Part shown: piece by piece, positions 38,671-51,772 of the stretch | Layout of the letters: each line of letters opens with the position of its first letter | Position numbering within the stretch: position 1 is the stretch's first letter | Source of the DNA: Octopus bimaculoides | Taxonomy: Eukaryota | DNA: 64,000 nt | Direction of reading: 5' to 3' | Assembly: GCF_001194135.2 (NCBI RefSeq) | Contig: NC_068998.1 | Coordinates: 54,268,401-54,332,400, forward strand | Notes under the pieces: generated by a model | The model's database searches: none | Told to the model about the DNA's origin: nothing | What the model saw: only the letters and a program-made list of their open reading frames with translations | Program-made: the position numbers and the translations under genes

Positions 38671-39409
38671 CAAAGTTGTATCAGGAAAATTATGAGGACA
38701 GTTCAAAAAAGAATCTAATGGAATATTAGAATCTCTATGGAAGAATGTGAAGTTCATTGTGACAAAATGTAACTATATATATATATATATATATAAATGT
38801 ATATACATACATATATATATATATAAGCAGCTGGAAAATATATATATATATATATATATATATAANNNNNNNNNNTTATTTTCATCTCTGTTCTTTTGGG
38901 ACTGTTTTGTTTTTTTGTTATTTGTTTTATTTTTAATGAAATTTCCTTTTTTTTTTTTTCTTTGTTTATATGTTTTTAATTTGAGTTTCTCTATGATTTT
39001 TAAAAGCAAAATCTCATCCTCGTTCCCCCGCTGATCAGAAATTTTTATGACAAGAGATTTCAAATTTGTGTTTTATGTTTTTGGGGGTCTCCCCACCCCC
39101 TATCGTATTTTTAAACAATGTTGTTTAGGTCTTAAAAGGAAAAAAAAGACAAACCAAAAAATAACATTTTCATCACCACCACCACCACCACCTCTTAAAC
39201 CTTAATTTTTACCTGTATTGGAATTTAACTGTTTTGTTTGTTTTTTAGTGTTGCTGTTTACTCCCTCCTTAGGAATCTCTCTCATTTTTTTTTTCTTTGA
39301 TAAACTGAAATGGATAAGGATATTGAGGAAACAAAAAAGGTTTTACAGTTAATTGTAATTATCATTTTCCCTTTCCCTGTCAGGACATTCTATTCTTCTT
39401 CTTCTTCTT

Positions 39410-40030
39410 CTTGCTGGTGAGAACTGTTTGCACATCAGGCAAAAATGCTTAGTGGCATTTCTTCCAGCTCTTCTGTTCAGAGTTCAAGCTCCACTGAGCC
39501 TTTCGTCCTTTCAGTGTCAGTAAAATGAGCACAAGACGAGCCCTAAGGGGGTCAGCGTAATCAACTGACCCCTTCCACCTCCCATCAAAATCTGCAGCAA
39601 TTATTATTGAATTGGTAGAGCAACAGACAAAATGCCTTGTGGGGGTATTCAGTTTTGGCCCTTTACATTCTGAATTTGAATCCTGCCAAAATCAACTTTG
39701 CCGTTTCCATCCTTCCAAGGATGAAGAACCAATTGGGTTCTGGAATCAGTATGACTGACTGTAGCCCTTCCTGCAAAATCCTGGGCCGTGTGCCTCTCAC
39801 AAAATATTATTTCTTTAAATCATTCGAAGGCAGACAATTTGTAGAATCATTGCAACAAAATATCTGGTGGTATTTAGCTGTGGCTCTTGACGTTCTGGGT
39901 TCAAACTCCATCAAGAGCAATTTTGTCTTTTATCCCTCTGGGGGGTAGTTAAAGTACTAGTTGCATACTGGTGTCAATTTAATCAACCCTCAAAATCTCT
40001 GGCCTTCTACCAATACAAGAAACTGTTATT
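39410..40030 (+). mobile_element. Three tandem degenerate family A SINE copies
   Basis: The ..ttctgagttcaa..ctttgcc..cctt..gggg..gtac.. pattern repeats at about 39410-39600, 39600-39800 and 39820-40030. Confidence 0.6.
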
Positions 40031-42825
40031 TGTTTTCTTTTATTTTCTTTTAAATCTCTCATTTCTTTTCATTTCATCATCGAGTCCTTTTCTTATCCTC
40101 AGCCTTCCTTCAACACTAAATATGTTGTCATTGTTTAGTTCCAGGTCAGCTTTGATCCAGCAGACCTATGAGCAAAGGGCATTCCAGCCATGACCATCCT
40201 CATTTTCTTTTTTCTAAACTCACTTCCTTCCATTATTAAATACATCATTTGTGGGGGGAAAATGTATGTAGTGAGATTTGGCTGCTGTTTCTAGATATTT
40301 GTGCAACCATGTTAAGACACCCTCCACTGAATATATATTAATAGCTGTGTGTTTCATTTTTGTTTCTTCTTGTGGTTGTTTGTGAAGCTGTTTTACTGTG
40401 CCTTGTTTTCATTCGAACAAGTCTTCTTATATACAACTTTCCTGATTGACAAATCTATTTTATTTATCATAATAACCCACCAGTCTAGTTCGTTTGGTTT
40501 TTCTTTTTATTCCTTTATGAAATTGTTTAAATTCATTGAATTCACATTCATTAGTTTGTATTTCTATTTTGATATTGTATTTTTCTCTTCTTTTTGCGTC
40601 TCTCTCTCTCTCTCTCTTTATAAATATCCCACCTTATCTTCTTTGCTGTTAGAAGATTCCAAAATCTCCTTTATTACCGCTAAACTTATTAGCATAACCT
40701 ATTTTTCTGTTAAATTGAGATTTTTGTGTCATGTATCTTTGGGTGTGGAAGCTGTCACATTTACAAGAGCTCTTTATTTATCACTCTCTCTCTCTCTCTA
40801 TAAATATAAATATATAAATATAGATATATATAGTATAAATAAAATTTCCACCTAAATATTCATTTACTTGGCTACACAAATAGTTTGGTTCTTCCAAGAT
40901 ATATATATATATATAAATAAATAAAATACACTAAAGTTAGCTGTATGTGTGTGTTAGTGAATGATACTACTGTATCTCATTTCTTAATACAGTTTATTAT
41001 TTGTTCATCCTTCTAGAAAATTTTTAACTGAAAAGAAAAACCATTATTTAATGCTTTTAACCCCCCCCCCCCCNNNNNNNNNNNNNNNNNNNNNNNNNNN
41101 NNNNNNNNNNNNNNNNNNNNNNNNNNNNNNNNNNNNNNNNNNNNNNNNNNNNNNNNNNNNNNNNNNNNNNNNNNNNNNNNNNNNNNNNNNNNNNNNNNNN
41201 NCCCCCCCTGACACAACAATTCTTCCCCATTTATTTACAACTGAAAACATTTCTATGGATCCAAATTCCATAAACCTTATTTTATGTTATTCTATTAATT
41301 TTGATATATCTATATACATGTGTGTGTGTATCTTTTTTATTAGCCAAAGTTGTTGTTTTTTCATTTAATTTTCTCAAACCAAGCCCCCCTTCCATCCCCT
41401 CCCAAAAAACTAGAATATAAAATGTTATTTTTATCAACAGGTTTAAGTTATTTGTGTTAAGATAAAATATATTTTTAAATGTACATTTTTCGAATAGTAA
41501 AACAGTGATATTTATTTTTACAAGTTGTGGTGAACAGGAAGGGAAGTGGGTGTCTTTGAGATAGTAAACTCTTATTTCATGAATAACTGATGAGATTATT
41601 TCAATGTAAACAATATTAAACTTTATAAACATCCTAATTTGAGACTCAAAAGCCACGATAAGCTAAGAGCAGCTTAATCAATAACAAGGTTACTCCAGCA
41701 AATGGTTGTATATAAATATATATCTCAGTTGACTGGTTTAATGGTTGTTTCTCCATGCTAGCATGAGTTGGACGAGAAGCTATTCTGTGGCAGGATTGTA
41801 GAGTCAAATGCCAACTCTTAACTGTTTCTCAGATAAAACATCTGTTTTTAAAGTGATTTGGGGTTCATGGGTTCAATTCCCTCTGCAAGTATACATTCTC
41901 TTTTTTTTCCAAGGCTGTACCCCAGCCTGGTCACAGCCCAATGACTGAAACTAAAGGTATATATACATATACACACATATATATGAAATGAAAGAAATGT
42001 CAACATTAAAACTTCTTTGCTTTACACAGTGACAAGTAAAATCTCAACATACATGCACAAACACACACACACACGCATGTAAACAATATATCCTATATAT
42101 ATATATATATATATATATACACGTGTTCTTAGTTTCTGTCAAGAGTGATAGCAGACACTTGCCCAAGGTGCGACACAATGGGACTGAACCCAAAACCACA
42201 TGGTTGGTAAGCAAGCTTCTTAACCAAAGAGCCATGCCACCCAGATCCTATTAATAGGGCACTTGCTATTTTTCTCTCTCAAATTGTTTACACAATCTAT
42301 ACCCCCCCCCTTTTTTTTTCTCTTTTCATCCCTTTCCCTCTTTTGTATTTTCTTCTCTTGAAATTTCTTTAAGCAGTCTCTCTGTGTTTGTCATTATTGC
42401 GTTAATAATAATATACATATCATTTCCAAGCTAATCTCCCCCAACTACAAAACTTACTTTATTTTCCTTAGTTTGCTAAACTTGCTTTCTATGAACGACA
42501 GAATCAATTCTGAAAGGTATTGTTGTATTTTACACCTGAATGTATATAAAACATGTCTATTTATATTCCGTCTCTCCAGAACTTGGTCTTGTGTATTATT
42601 GTTTCATTGCTTCTTTGTCTCAACCATTTCCCTACTGGTGGTCATGAGATGATTATACTTCTTAACGAATTTCTCCCCTCGTTTGTATGAGTGAAGGACT
42701 CAAATGTTTATTAATAGTCTAAATACTAGTAAATATTAATTATAACTATAAGCCAACGAGGCTAGCAGAATCATTAGCTAGCTGGACTAAACGCTCTGTG
42801 GCATTTCATCCATCATTACATTCAT

Positions 42826-43290
42826 CATCATCATTTAATGTCCACTTTCCATGCTAGCATGGGTTGGACTGGGGACTGGCGAACCGGATGGCTGCACCAG
42901 ACTCGAATCTGATCTGGCAGAGTTTCTACAGCTGGATGCCCTTCCTAACGCCAACCACTCCGCGAGTGTAGTGGGTGCTTTTTACGTGCCACCAGCACAA
43001 GGGTCAGTCCAATGGCACTGGCAACGGCCACACTCAAATGGTGTTTGTTACGTGCCACCTGCACAGGAGTCAGCCAATGTTTTGTTCACATGCCACCAGC
43101 ACAAGTGCCAGTAAGGCGAAGCTGGAAACGATCATGCTCAAATGGTGCTTTTTACGTGGCACAGGAGAGAGACCGCTGCTCTGGCAGTGATCCCACTTGG
43201 ATGGTGCTGTTAGCGCTCCACTGGCACGGGTGCAAGTCATCAAATTTGGTTCAGTTTCGATCTCACTTGCCCCAACAGGTCTTCGCAAGC
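42826..43290 (-). mobile_element. Long family C copy with internal tandem ttacgtgccacc(a/t)gcac units
   Basis: catcatcatttaatgtccactttccatgctagcatggg.. followed by repeated tttacgtgccaccagcacaag-like subunits. Confidence 0.75.
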
Positions 43291-46200
43291 TGGGTTTAGT
43301 GTCCAATGTGGGAAGGTTGGCATAGCCCCTTCCCCAGAACTTAAATCCAATATTAATAGTGACCGTTTACTTAAAAGTTTGATCATAAAACTTTTTTTCT
43401 TTTCTGAGATACCAGTTCTAGCATCAATTATACATTAATAATGGCTGACTACTCCAAAGAAGGAGAAACATTTGCCGAATGTTATTCTAGAATTTGTCAT
43501 ACAAGTCCATGGAAGATGATTCTGGTATCTGAGAAGGTTCCAAAGGGAGGATGGTGTGCTAACTGTCACAGTATTTTCTTGGTAATAGCCCCAAGCAGGT
43601 GTGTATCTTACCAAGATGGGAGCAAGTTTGTTAACCCTTGGGAAGGCTTCCTCGACCCCACATCATTGCAGGCTCACCTGAGTTCTTTTCTACTGTTTCA
43701 ATACTGTTTAGTCAGTTATTGCTAAACTATACGGTGCCATATCACCTCTTCCTAATAAAATCCAGAAATGTATGCACATTATTTATTAGTATCAATTATA
43801 ATTCTCGTTATTGCTCTCGGTGAAATAAATGAATGCTTGTTTGTGTTCTGATGCATGCATATACCTATTCTAAGGTTTCTCAAGATAAGGTGAGGAGGTT
43901 TCTCAACTGCAAAGTATATCAAAAGTGAAAGCAAAAGCTAAGTTACATCAATTTTACTTCCTCCAAATACACACACATGCACACATATATATGTGTGTGT
44001 GTTAATGATAATGTCATTTCCTTTAATTCTGTAACTATACGTAAACCAGTGAGAGTTGATGATAAGAAGGGCATCTAGCCATAGAAAATGTCTCCATGAA
44101 ATCCTTCTACCCCATACAAGTTTAGACAAATAGATGTTAGAACAAAAATTACTCCAGTATGGTTAAATAAAATCCAGTGTTCCTCAGCTGATATTATCAT
44201 TAAGAACACAAGAATTCGCAGAGATATTACAGCACAAATTACTGTCTTATATGTTAAACTGGTTTTTAGAAAATAACTTGAAAGGTTCTGGTAACCACTT
44301 CCAAAAGGGTACTTTTTAAAAATTNNNNNNNNNNNNNNNNNNNNNNNNNNNNNNNNNNNNNNNNNNNNNNNNNNNNNNNNNNNNNNNNNNNNNNNNNNNN
44401 NNNNNNNNNNNNNNNNNNNNNNNNNNNNNNNNNNNNNNNNNNNNNNNNNNNNNNNNNNNNNNNNNNNNNNNNNNNNNNNNNNNNNNNNNNNNNNNNNNNN
44501 NNNNNNNNNCATCCTTTAAATTGTTTTAAAAACCAATTGAAAGGATGTTAAAAGAAATGGGGGCAGCAGTTAAGAATTTCTTGGGGTTTTATCCTAAATA
44601 GTGAAAACAATGAGAATTCCCTTAACCAAACAGATGAAATAACAGAAAAAAATATATATACTTCTAGACAATGTAGCATGCATCATTTATAATGTAACTA
44701 CAGTAAATATACAAAGGTAGGTCTATACATAATTATGTATTCAAAATGCATTTTATGAAATAAAAAAAGATTTAGGATTCCCTTAAAGCAGGACAAATTT
44801 ATTTCCTTTTTATCCAAATCTTTTAAACACTTCCAATCACATGGTTGGCTAAATGAATCTTTACTCCAAGGATTTATGCAAAAATACCTCAATTATGATA
44901 ATCCTTCATAAGCCCCTTTTAATTTTATATAGAAATATCTTAATCCTTGCAATTACTATTGATAAAAACAAATGCCAAACTATCGAAGGGGGAGAAGGAA
45001 TGAGAGAAAGAAAGAATCCAATTACATGGAGAGGCTACTCTCTGCTGCCATGGTGGAGCCATTCAATTTAATACTCATCTCTGTTTCACACTGTTTTAAT
45101 AAAGAGCTGCAGCAAGATTAGTTTGTTTTTTAAATAATTTTAAAATTCATCAAGTTCTTTATATTTGGTTGAAGTAAAATGAAACATAATAAGTTGAAAC
45201 AAAGTTCTCTTTTCTATCATATTTAAGAGCAGCTCTAGAGATTGGCAAATTAAATAATTCAGTATCAACTCTAAATTAATTATTATGTGAAGGAGTGGCT
45301 AACATTCTCATTTCATCTAAGTTACCAACAGGAAGAAAATGAGTAACTTCTGACACACTGCACTCATTTGCAGCCATTTCAAAGTCATCAGTTTCCAAAG
45401 AGAAATATCTACCTACCAATATATATATATACATATATATGCATGCATATACACAGCTTTGCTAGCATTACTGTCTTGAAGAAGTTAGAGATGTAAACAG
45501 CCCAACAGTTTGAAGACAAACACATACAGTGGTCTTCCACACAATTTCTATTTACTAAACTCACTGAGGAGAAAGCCTGGGTTGAGCGACAGCTTATAAC
45601 AGAACATACTTGCACCATGACATTGCAAGATGAACTCTTAAGCACACAGCCGTGCATGCACCGACATTGGCTGGTGAATGGAAGCACCAGTGGAGCAAAT
45701 AGCAAAATAATGCCTTGTGATATTTGGTTACCTCCTCAGCTCACATCCCGCCCAACTCCAGCTTTTAGTGCACCAACATGGCTAATCTGTTAACTGAACC
45801 CAGAAAAATGTTGTATACATACATATGTGAGTGTGTATATACAGATATGCGTGTTCTAGTGAACTGCAGCAGCCTCAATAACCAGTTGTAAAAACTTTAT
45901 ATACATATAAAACATATTCCTAAACTCCAAAGACAAGGAAGTAAACCAGAAGACAAATGCAGAGTGTAATATTAATAGAATATAATAAAAAAATAATAAA
46001 AGAATCAGAAGTTACATAATCATATTCATTGGCTTACAGATGTTTCCACTTCAAGAAACTCTGCACCCAGAGGTGGGTGACATGTAATAGCTTTGCATGA
46101 GTGACAGCATGACCTCTTATAGCTTCCGTATAGCGGAAACAACTGTAAACCAATGAATGTGATTATATAACTCTTGTCCCTTTCTCATGCAAGCAAAACT

Positions 46201-47278
46201 AATAATACAATGTAATGTATAATGTGTGTATGCAAACAATTGTGAAGTTCTATTTGATTTCCTTATCAAAAATCTATGTACAAAAGAAAGTGAATGCTTA
46301 CACCGAAACAAAGTCACTATTTAGGGACAGACCTTTTGCAGTGTATTTCAGGTGTTATGGGCAGCTGTTGTTGCAACCAGCAGGTTCTAGTCGAGACAAT
46401 TCTGTATTTCAATACACAGGACTACAATGTTTTAGCTCACTGATGACATTTTGCAGGAGGAGAGAGAGAGGCAGGAGGCTTAAATTGTCAGGGAACAGTT
46501 AAACCAAATCTTTCCATTCTACATGTCTGTATGTTTCTCTACTCTTTGTGATTGTAATAATGTGCATTTGTGTGCTTTATATATATATACATTATATATA
46601 TATAGTGTGAATATAGTATGTTCCTCTGCCCTCTATATTATGTGTATATGTGTGTGTATATATGTATGTGTGTATATACATATATAAATATACCCATATA
46701 TATATTTTGTGTGTATATACCTATGTATATATCTAATGTACTCAATTTCAATAAATGAAGAAAAAAATACAATAAAAAATAAAACATCTTTGGTTGAGGC
46801 ATCAACAAAAGTGTTTCTCCCCACCCCCACCCCCTCCTATATGTTCTTGTAATAATATAAATAATAATAATTATATTCACTTGATACAGTTCTTCATATC
46901 GTTCCAGTATGAACTGTTTTCTCAAGTCTTAGATTTTTTTTCTTTTTGTTTTTTTCTATCCTTATGTTGCTTGGAAAGGGATTTGGTGGGGGGGATGTCA
47001 TTTTTTTCTGTAACTATATGTTGTTTGGAACAAAAAAAAAGGAAGAAAAAAAAAGGAAGCAATGATAAAATAAAGTTTGACTTTTATCATACTTTGGGGT
47101 TTTTTTTTTTTTGTTTCCTTAACTGTATTAAAATGCATTCTAGACATTTCTCTCTGGGTCTCAAAATATTATTTTCATCTTAAAAGTCTCAGAAAAGAAA
47201 TTTCTTTCTCCACAGAACTCACTGAAGAATTTCAATGCCAACTAAATGAATCCAAGGGCAACATTTAAGCTAATGTAA

Positions 47279-47497
47279 AAGGCGGCAAACTGGCAGAATC
47301 GTCAGCACACCGGGCGAAATGCTTGGCGCTATTTCCTCTGTCTTGACGTTCTGAGTTCAAATTCCGCCGAGGTCAACTTTGCCTTTCATCCTTTCAGGAT
47401 CAATAAATTAAGTACCAGTTGTGTACTGGGGTCGATCTAATCAACTGTCCCCCTTCCCCAAAATTTCGGGCTTTGTGCCTAGAGTAGAAAAGAACAT
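47279..47497 (+). mobile_element. Well-preserved family A tRNA-SINE
   Basis: ggcggcaaactggcagaatcgtcagcacaccgggcgaaatgc..gttctgagttcaaattccgccgaggtcaactttgcctttcatcctttcaggatcaataaattaagtaccag..; retains several CpGs. Confidence 0.85.
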
Positions 47498-47521
47498 TTA
47501 AGCTAATATTAACAGAATAAG

Positions 47522-47870
47522 CACAGGCATGGCTGGGTGGTAAGAAGTTTGCTTCTCAACCACAGAGATTTAGGTTCAGTCTCATTGTGTGGCACCTTGG
47601 GCAAGTGTCTTCTGCTGTAGCCTGGTGAGTGTAGATGGAAACTGAAAGAAGCCTGTCATATGTATATGTTTGTGTCTGTTTCCCCCACCACTACTTAACA
47701 ACCAGTGTTGGTGCGTTTACATCCCATTAACCTAACAGTTCATCAAAAGAGATCGATAGAATACCAGGCTTTTAAAAACAAGTGCTGGGGTCAATTGTTT
47801 GACAAAAACTCATCAAGATGGTGCCCCAGCAAAGCCACAGTTTAATGGCTGAAACAAGTAACAAATAAGA
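47522..47870 (+). mobile_element. Family B CORE-like SINE, near full length
   Basis: gcacaggcatggctgggtggtaagaagtttgcttctcaaccacagagatttaggttcagtctcattgtgtggcaccttgggcaagtgtctt..tail ..atggctgaaacaagtaa. Inverted copies at 48600-48760, 49370-49700 and 59385-59700. Confidence 0.8.
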
Positions 47871-50800
47871 GATAAATACTGAAGGGAGCATTAAAAAGCT
47901 AATAAAAAATAATTATGTGGTGAGGAAAAGACAACAAGAATCATTAACTAATATTAATGAACACATCCAACCTAACTTGGATGTGTTGTTTACAACACCT
48001 TAGACTGCTGTAAAGTCATTTTGTGTGGATGATGGATGCTAAAAAATATCAGAATTTTGTTATCGGTTGACAAAATTCTATCAGAACAACAGCAGACAGC
48101 ATGTCACATGATTTCACCATATCACAAGCTGAATGCCGGACAGGAAATCAGTGAAGCTGATATAGAATAATAGAGAGAGGTTTTGCAGAAAGCTGGTGGG
48201 CTGTGTATATATTAGCAACAGAAGCAGCTTTTGTAAAAAAAGTAGTAATTAGTACATCCAACCTAATTTGGATGTGTTTGTTTATAATGCCTTAGATGTT
48301 GTAAACATCCCAAAACAACTGCTATTTGATTGCCTAGTCCTAACACCAAACACTTATCAGAGTGTACCGGACGCTTTTTAAATAGCACCAGCAATAGTCG
48401 CTATATTCAATGGCATAAAAGGTGGAATTTCTACAATTGGAAGCCTTTCCTGTCACCAACCCTCACCTGTTTCCATGACAAGATACAACTCAAAAGATTG
48501 GAAATAAAGGACATCACTTACAACTATCACACAATGACAAAGCGGAGAGACAGTCTCACACACAAATACCATATATATATATATATATGCATACACACAC
48601 ACACACAATGGGCTTCTCTCAGTTTCCATCTAGCATATCCACTCACAACGCTTCTGTTAGCCCAGAGTTATAGAAGAAGACACTTGCCCAACAAGTACCA
48701 TAGTGGAACTGAACCCAGAACCACATGATTGGGAAACAAACTTCTTAACAACTCCACAGCCCAACAAGCTGGAGGAATTTAATAAAATAACTCTGCATTA
48801 TGACCGTGTTTAGAAGACAGCCTTAATAAAAGGTTCCTACATGTACAGTTAGGATAATGATACCAGGTTTAAAATGATGTAGCAACACTCTGAAAGGAAG
48901 AGTTTTTCTGGGTTTTTTTTTCTTTTACCAAGAATTAAAAGAGTTAAAAAGTTTCATAGAAATATTCTAACACTATGGCTACTGAGGATATCCTGGAGGA
49001 ATACAACCGAAAAGAAAAGAAGAAAAACAGAGTAATGGGCCTCTTTAAAATGACATACTTGAAGACATTTCCCCCCACCACTGCCACCAATTCCAGAGAG
49101 CATGTCACTAAAGTGATTAAATATGCAATAAATATAAACTCACTCATTCAAAACCTTCTCTAAGGAATTGCCTATCCAGAGAAATATAATCATGATTGCA
49201 TACCATCCAACTGCTCACTTGGAAATGCCAAAAACGCTGGCTGCGGCAGCATAGTGCCCTTTGAAACATATAGAAACTACAGCAGCAAGTATTACATCAT
49301 ACATATCAGTGAGTTCTTATATGAACGCATTAAGCATTTCGTCACTGTGGTTATTTGGAAATATCCTGTTTTTTTTTTTTCATTTCAATCATTAGACTGG
49401 GGCAATGCCTTCGATTTTCATCGAATGAATTCACCACAGTACTTGAATGATTTTTTTTTTTTTTTGCCAAGCGTGGTACTTATTCTATCGGTCTCTTTTG
49501 GCAAACCACTAAGTTATGGGGATGTAAACAAACCAACACCAGTTGTCAAGCAGTAGTGGGGAACAAACACACACACACATATATATATATATACAATGGG
49601 CTTCTTCCAGTTTCCGTCTACCAAATCCACTTACAAGCTTTGGTCAGCCTGAGGTTATAGTAGAAGAGACTTGCCCAAGGTGCCATGCAGTGGGGCTGAA
49701 TGCAAGGTGCATCAACCAGGTGTCATTTAATTTTGAAAATTATGAAGAATTTATTAAAATTCATTATTAGTTCAAAACAGCCTTTTGTATATTACAATTG
49801 ATGTGAATTTATTGTAGAAAGCCACACGACTGGTATTTGTTTTGAGAAAGCATCTCATACAGATGTATAGTGCTAAAAAGCACAGAAAAAATATTGGTAG
49901 CAGAATATATGTATATCCACATTAAGGGAGATATACAGAATGTTATTCCAAACAAATATTGCTAATAGCAAAAATTTATGCATCCTGTCACTACAAACCA
50001 TAAGAATGGAGATTGTTTTCTCAAAGTCTTTTTATTCCCTCATGCAGAGTTATGTAACTTGCAAAGGATCACAACTTTAAGACTACCAAAATTTGAACCC
50101 TTGGCGTGTTTAGCAGTCCAGCACCAGTAAGCCATTGTTATTTATAAAGAAATAAGATTCGATTATGTTCCAATTATATTCCATTATGGACAGACCCCAA
50201 ATACTGCTGTATAGATTATGTTGTAACTAACCTCCAACTTAATGTCAGTGACCCCAATTCGGTGTTAAATTCATATTTTACTACATGGACAGGGTTGTGT
50301 TGAGCAAAGGCAGTGAACTCAAATATAGTCTCATTTCCCCCCAATACAAAAAAAGATATCACAAGACCTAGAGACTTTTTCTGATCTGAACTACACAATA
50401 CAAATCAGATTCTCACAATTCTAAAGTCTGTCATCGTTTGGCAAATAGAAGTTTGACTATATACAGCAACAATACACCTTAAAAGAGGACCTAACATAAT
50501 GTTTCTGTACTCCCATTCACAAATACATATAACAACAGGAACAAGTGGATCATCTTGGAAATGGTTTCATTTCAGAAGTTTTTTTTTTTTTCAATTTATT
50601 GATCAGAAGAGGACAGGTGGCTTTCATGACCATTTCTAGGGACTGAGAGTCTGGTGAGAGGAAAAGAAGTTATCCTCACATCAAAAACCTGGCCAGAGTC
50701 TCTACTAAAGACACTCATGGCCCATGTGGTGGTAGTGTTAATCAAGATATCACTAGATCAGTCTCCTTTATCAAACATACTAATGTATATTTTGATAGGA

Positions 50801-51614
50801 TTTAACAAAGGTTTCTTTTTCTTTCACAATCATCATCAGCCATTTTATAGCCATTTCTCTATGCCCACACCATCTGACATACTGCAATACAAACGACAGC
50901 CTTCCATGCATCTCGGAGACCTTTATGCTCTCAACACAAGTAAACTGGATGAGAGTTTTTTTTTTTTATCCAATTACTGGTATTCCCTGGTAACCTTTAC
51001 TGCATAAAGCTATGTTTGAATCATCTTCTTCATTTTTTGTTTTTGATTATTAAATGCTTTTCCCATTGTGCACTTTCATGATATGGCTTGAAAATTTCAG
51101 ATTTCTTTGTACACACAGCCTATCCTTTATGAATTGATGTCACAAAGATACTTACATGGATCAAACAGATTTTAACAATTTGATCGCAATATCAATATTT
51201 AAAAATAATAGCAATCTGTGTATGATACTCAATGCAGAACCATCAATGAAAGCGTAATTCTTTGCAGTATTCATCTCAAGATAGCACAACAATGTATGTC
51301 TGCAAGAGAGGCTATCTCGAGAGAAATACTGCAGTTAATTAAGCTTTCTGTGATGTATATGCATTATGTCAGATACACAGGTTGCTATTTGAAATTAATA
51401 CTGCTTCTGTTTTAAAATAAATATTTAAAAATTGAATGAATTATTCTCCGTACTTCCTGATGGGAACAATGTTATTTGTTTTGCAACCTGTGTTGCTACA
51501 TGACACAGTAAACACATTGCCTGAAAACAAACAATTTCATAATGAAAGCATTTAAATTAAAATAACAATGAATGTTCACTGAAGAAAATGTCTTTTAACT
51601 CTCCAAGAAATTAA

Positions 51615-51772
51615 TCAAGAATCATTTGGAAATCCAAAAACTTTAACCATGCCTGAATCTCGGTCTCCTCTGTCATGTTTGTCATCACAAGCAAATGCTA
51701 ACAGATACCGTTTAGGGTGCCATGCAACTGTAAAGGTTGGTGTTTCACAAGGAATTTCAGTCACTTTTTGAC
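51615..51772 (-). CDS. THOC3: THOC3 exon 6 (terminal)
   Basis: (G)QKVTEIPCETPTFTVAWHPKRYLLAFACDDKHDRGDRDSGMVKVFGFPNDS*; acceptor ttttttgtag|. Confidence 0.95.

Noticed and set aside
46440-46540. TGATGA as a C/D snoRNA box C (also 41589 and 62428)
   Set aside because: No matching CTGA box D with terminal stem at a suitable distance; TGATGA is common from (TGA)n tails. These sites also lack hammerhead stem II/GAAA.
48944-49320. Hydrophobic minus-strand frame interrupted only by TGA codons (NUMT or selenoprotein idea)
   Set aside because: Reading TGA as Trp or Sec gives no recognisable mitochondrial or selenoprotein sequence, and no SECIS was seen.
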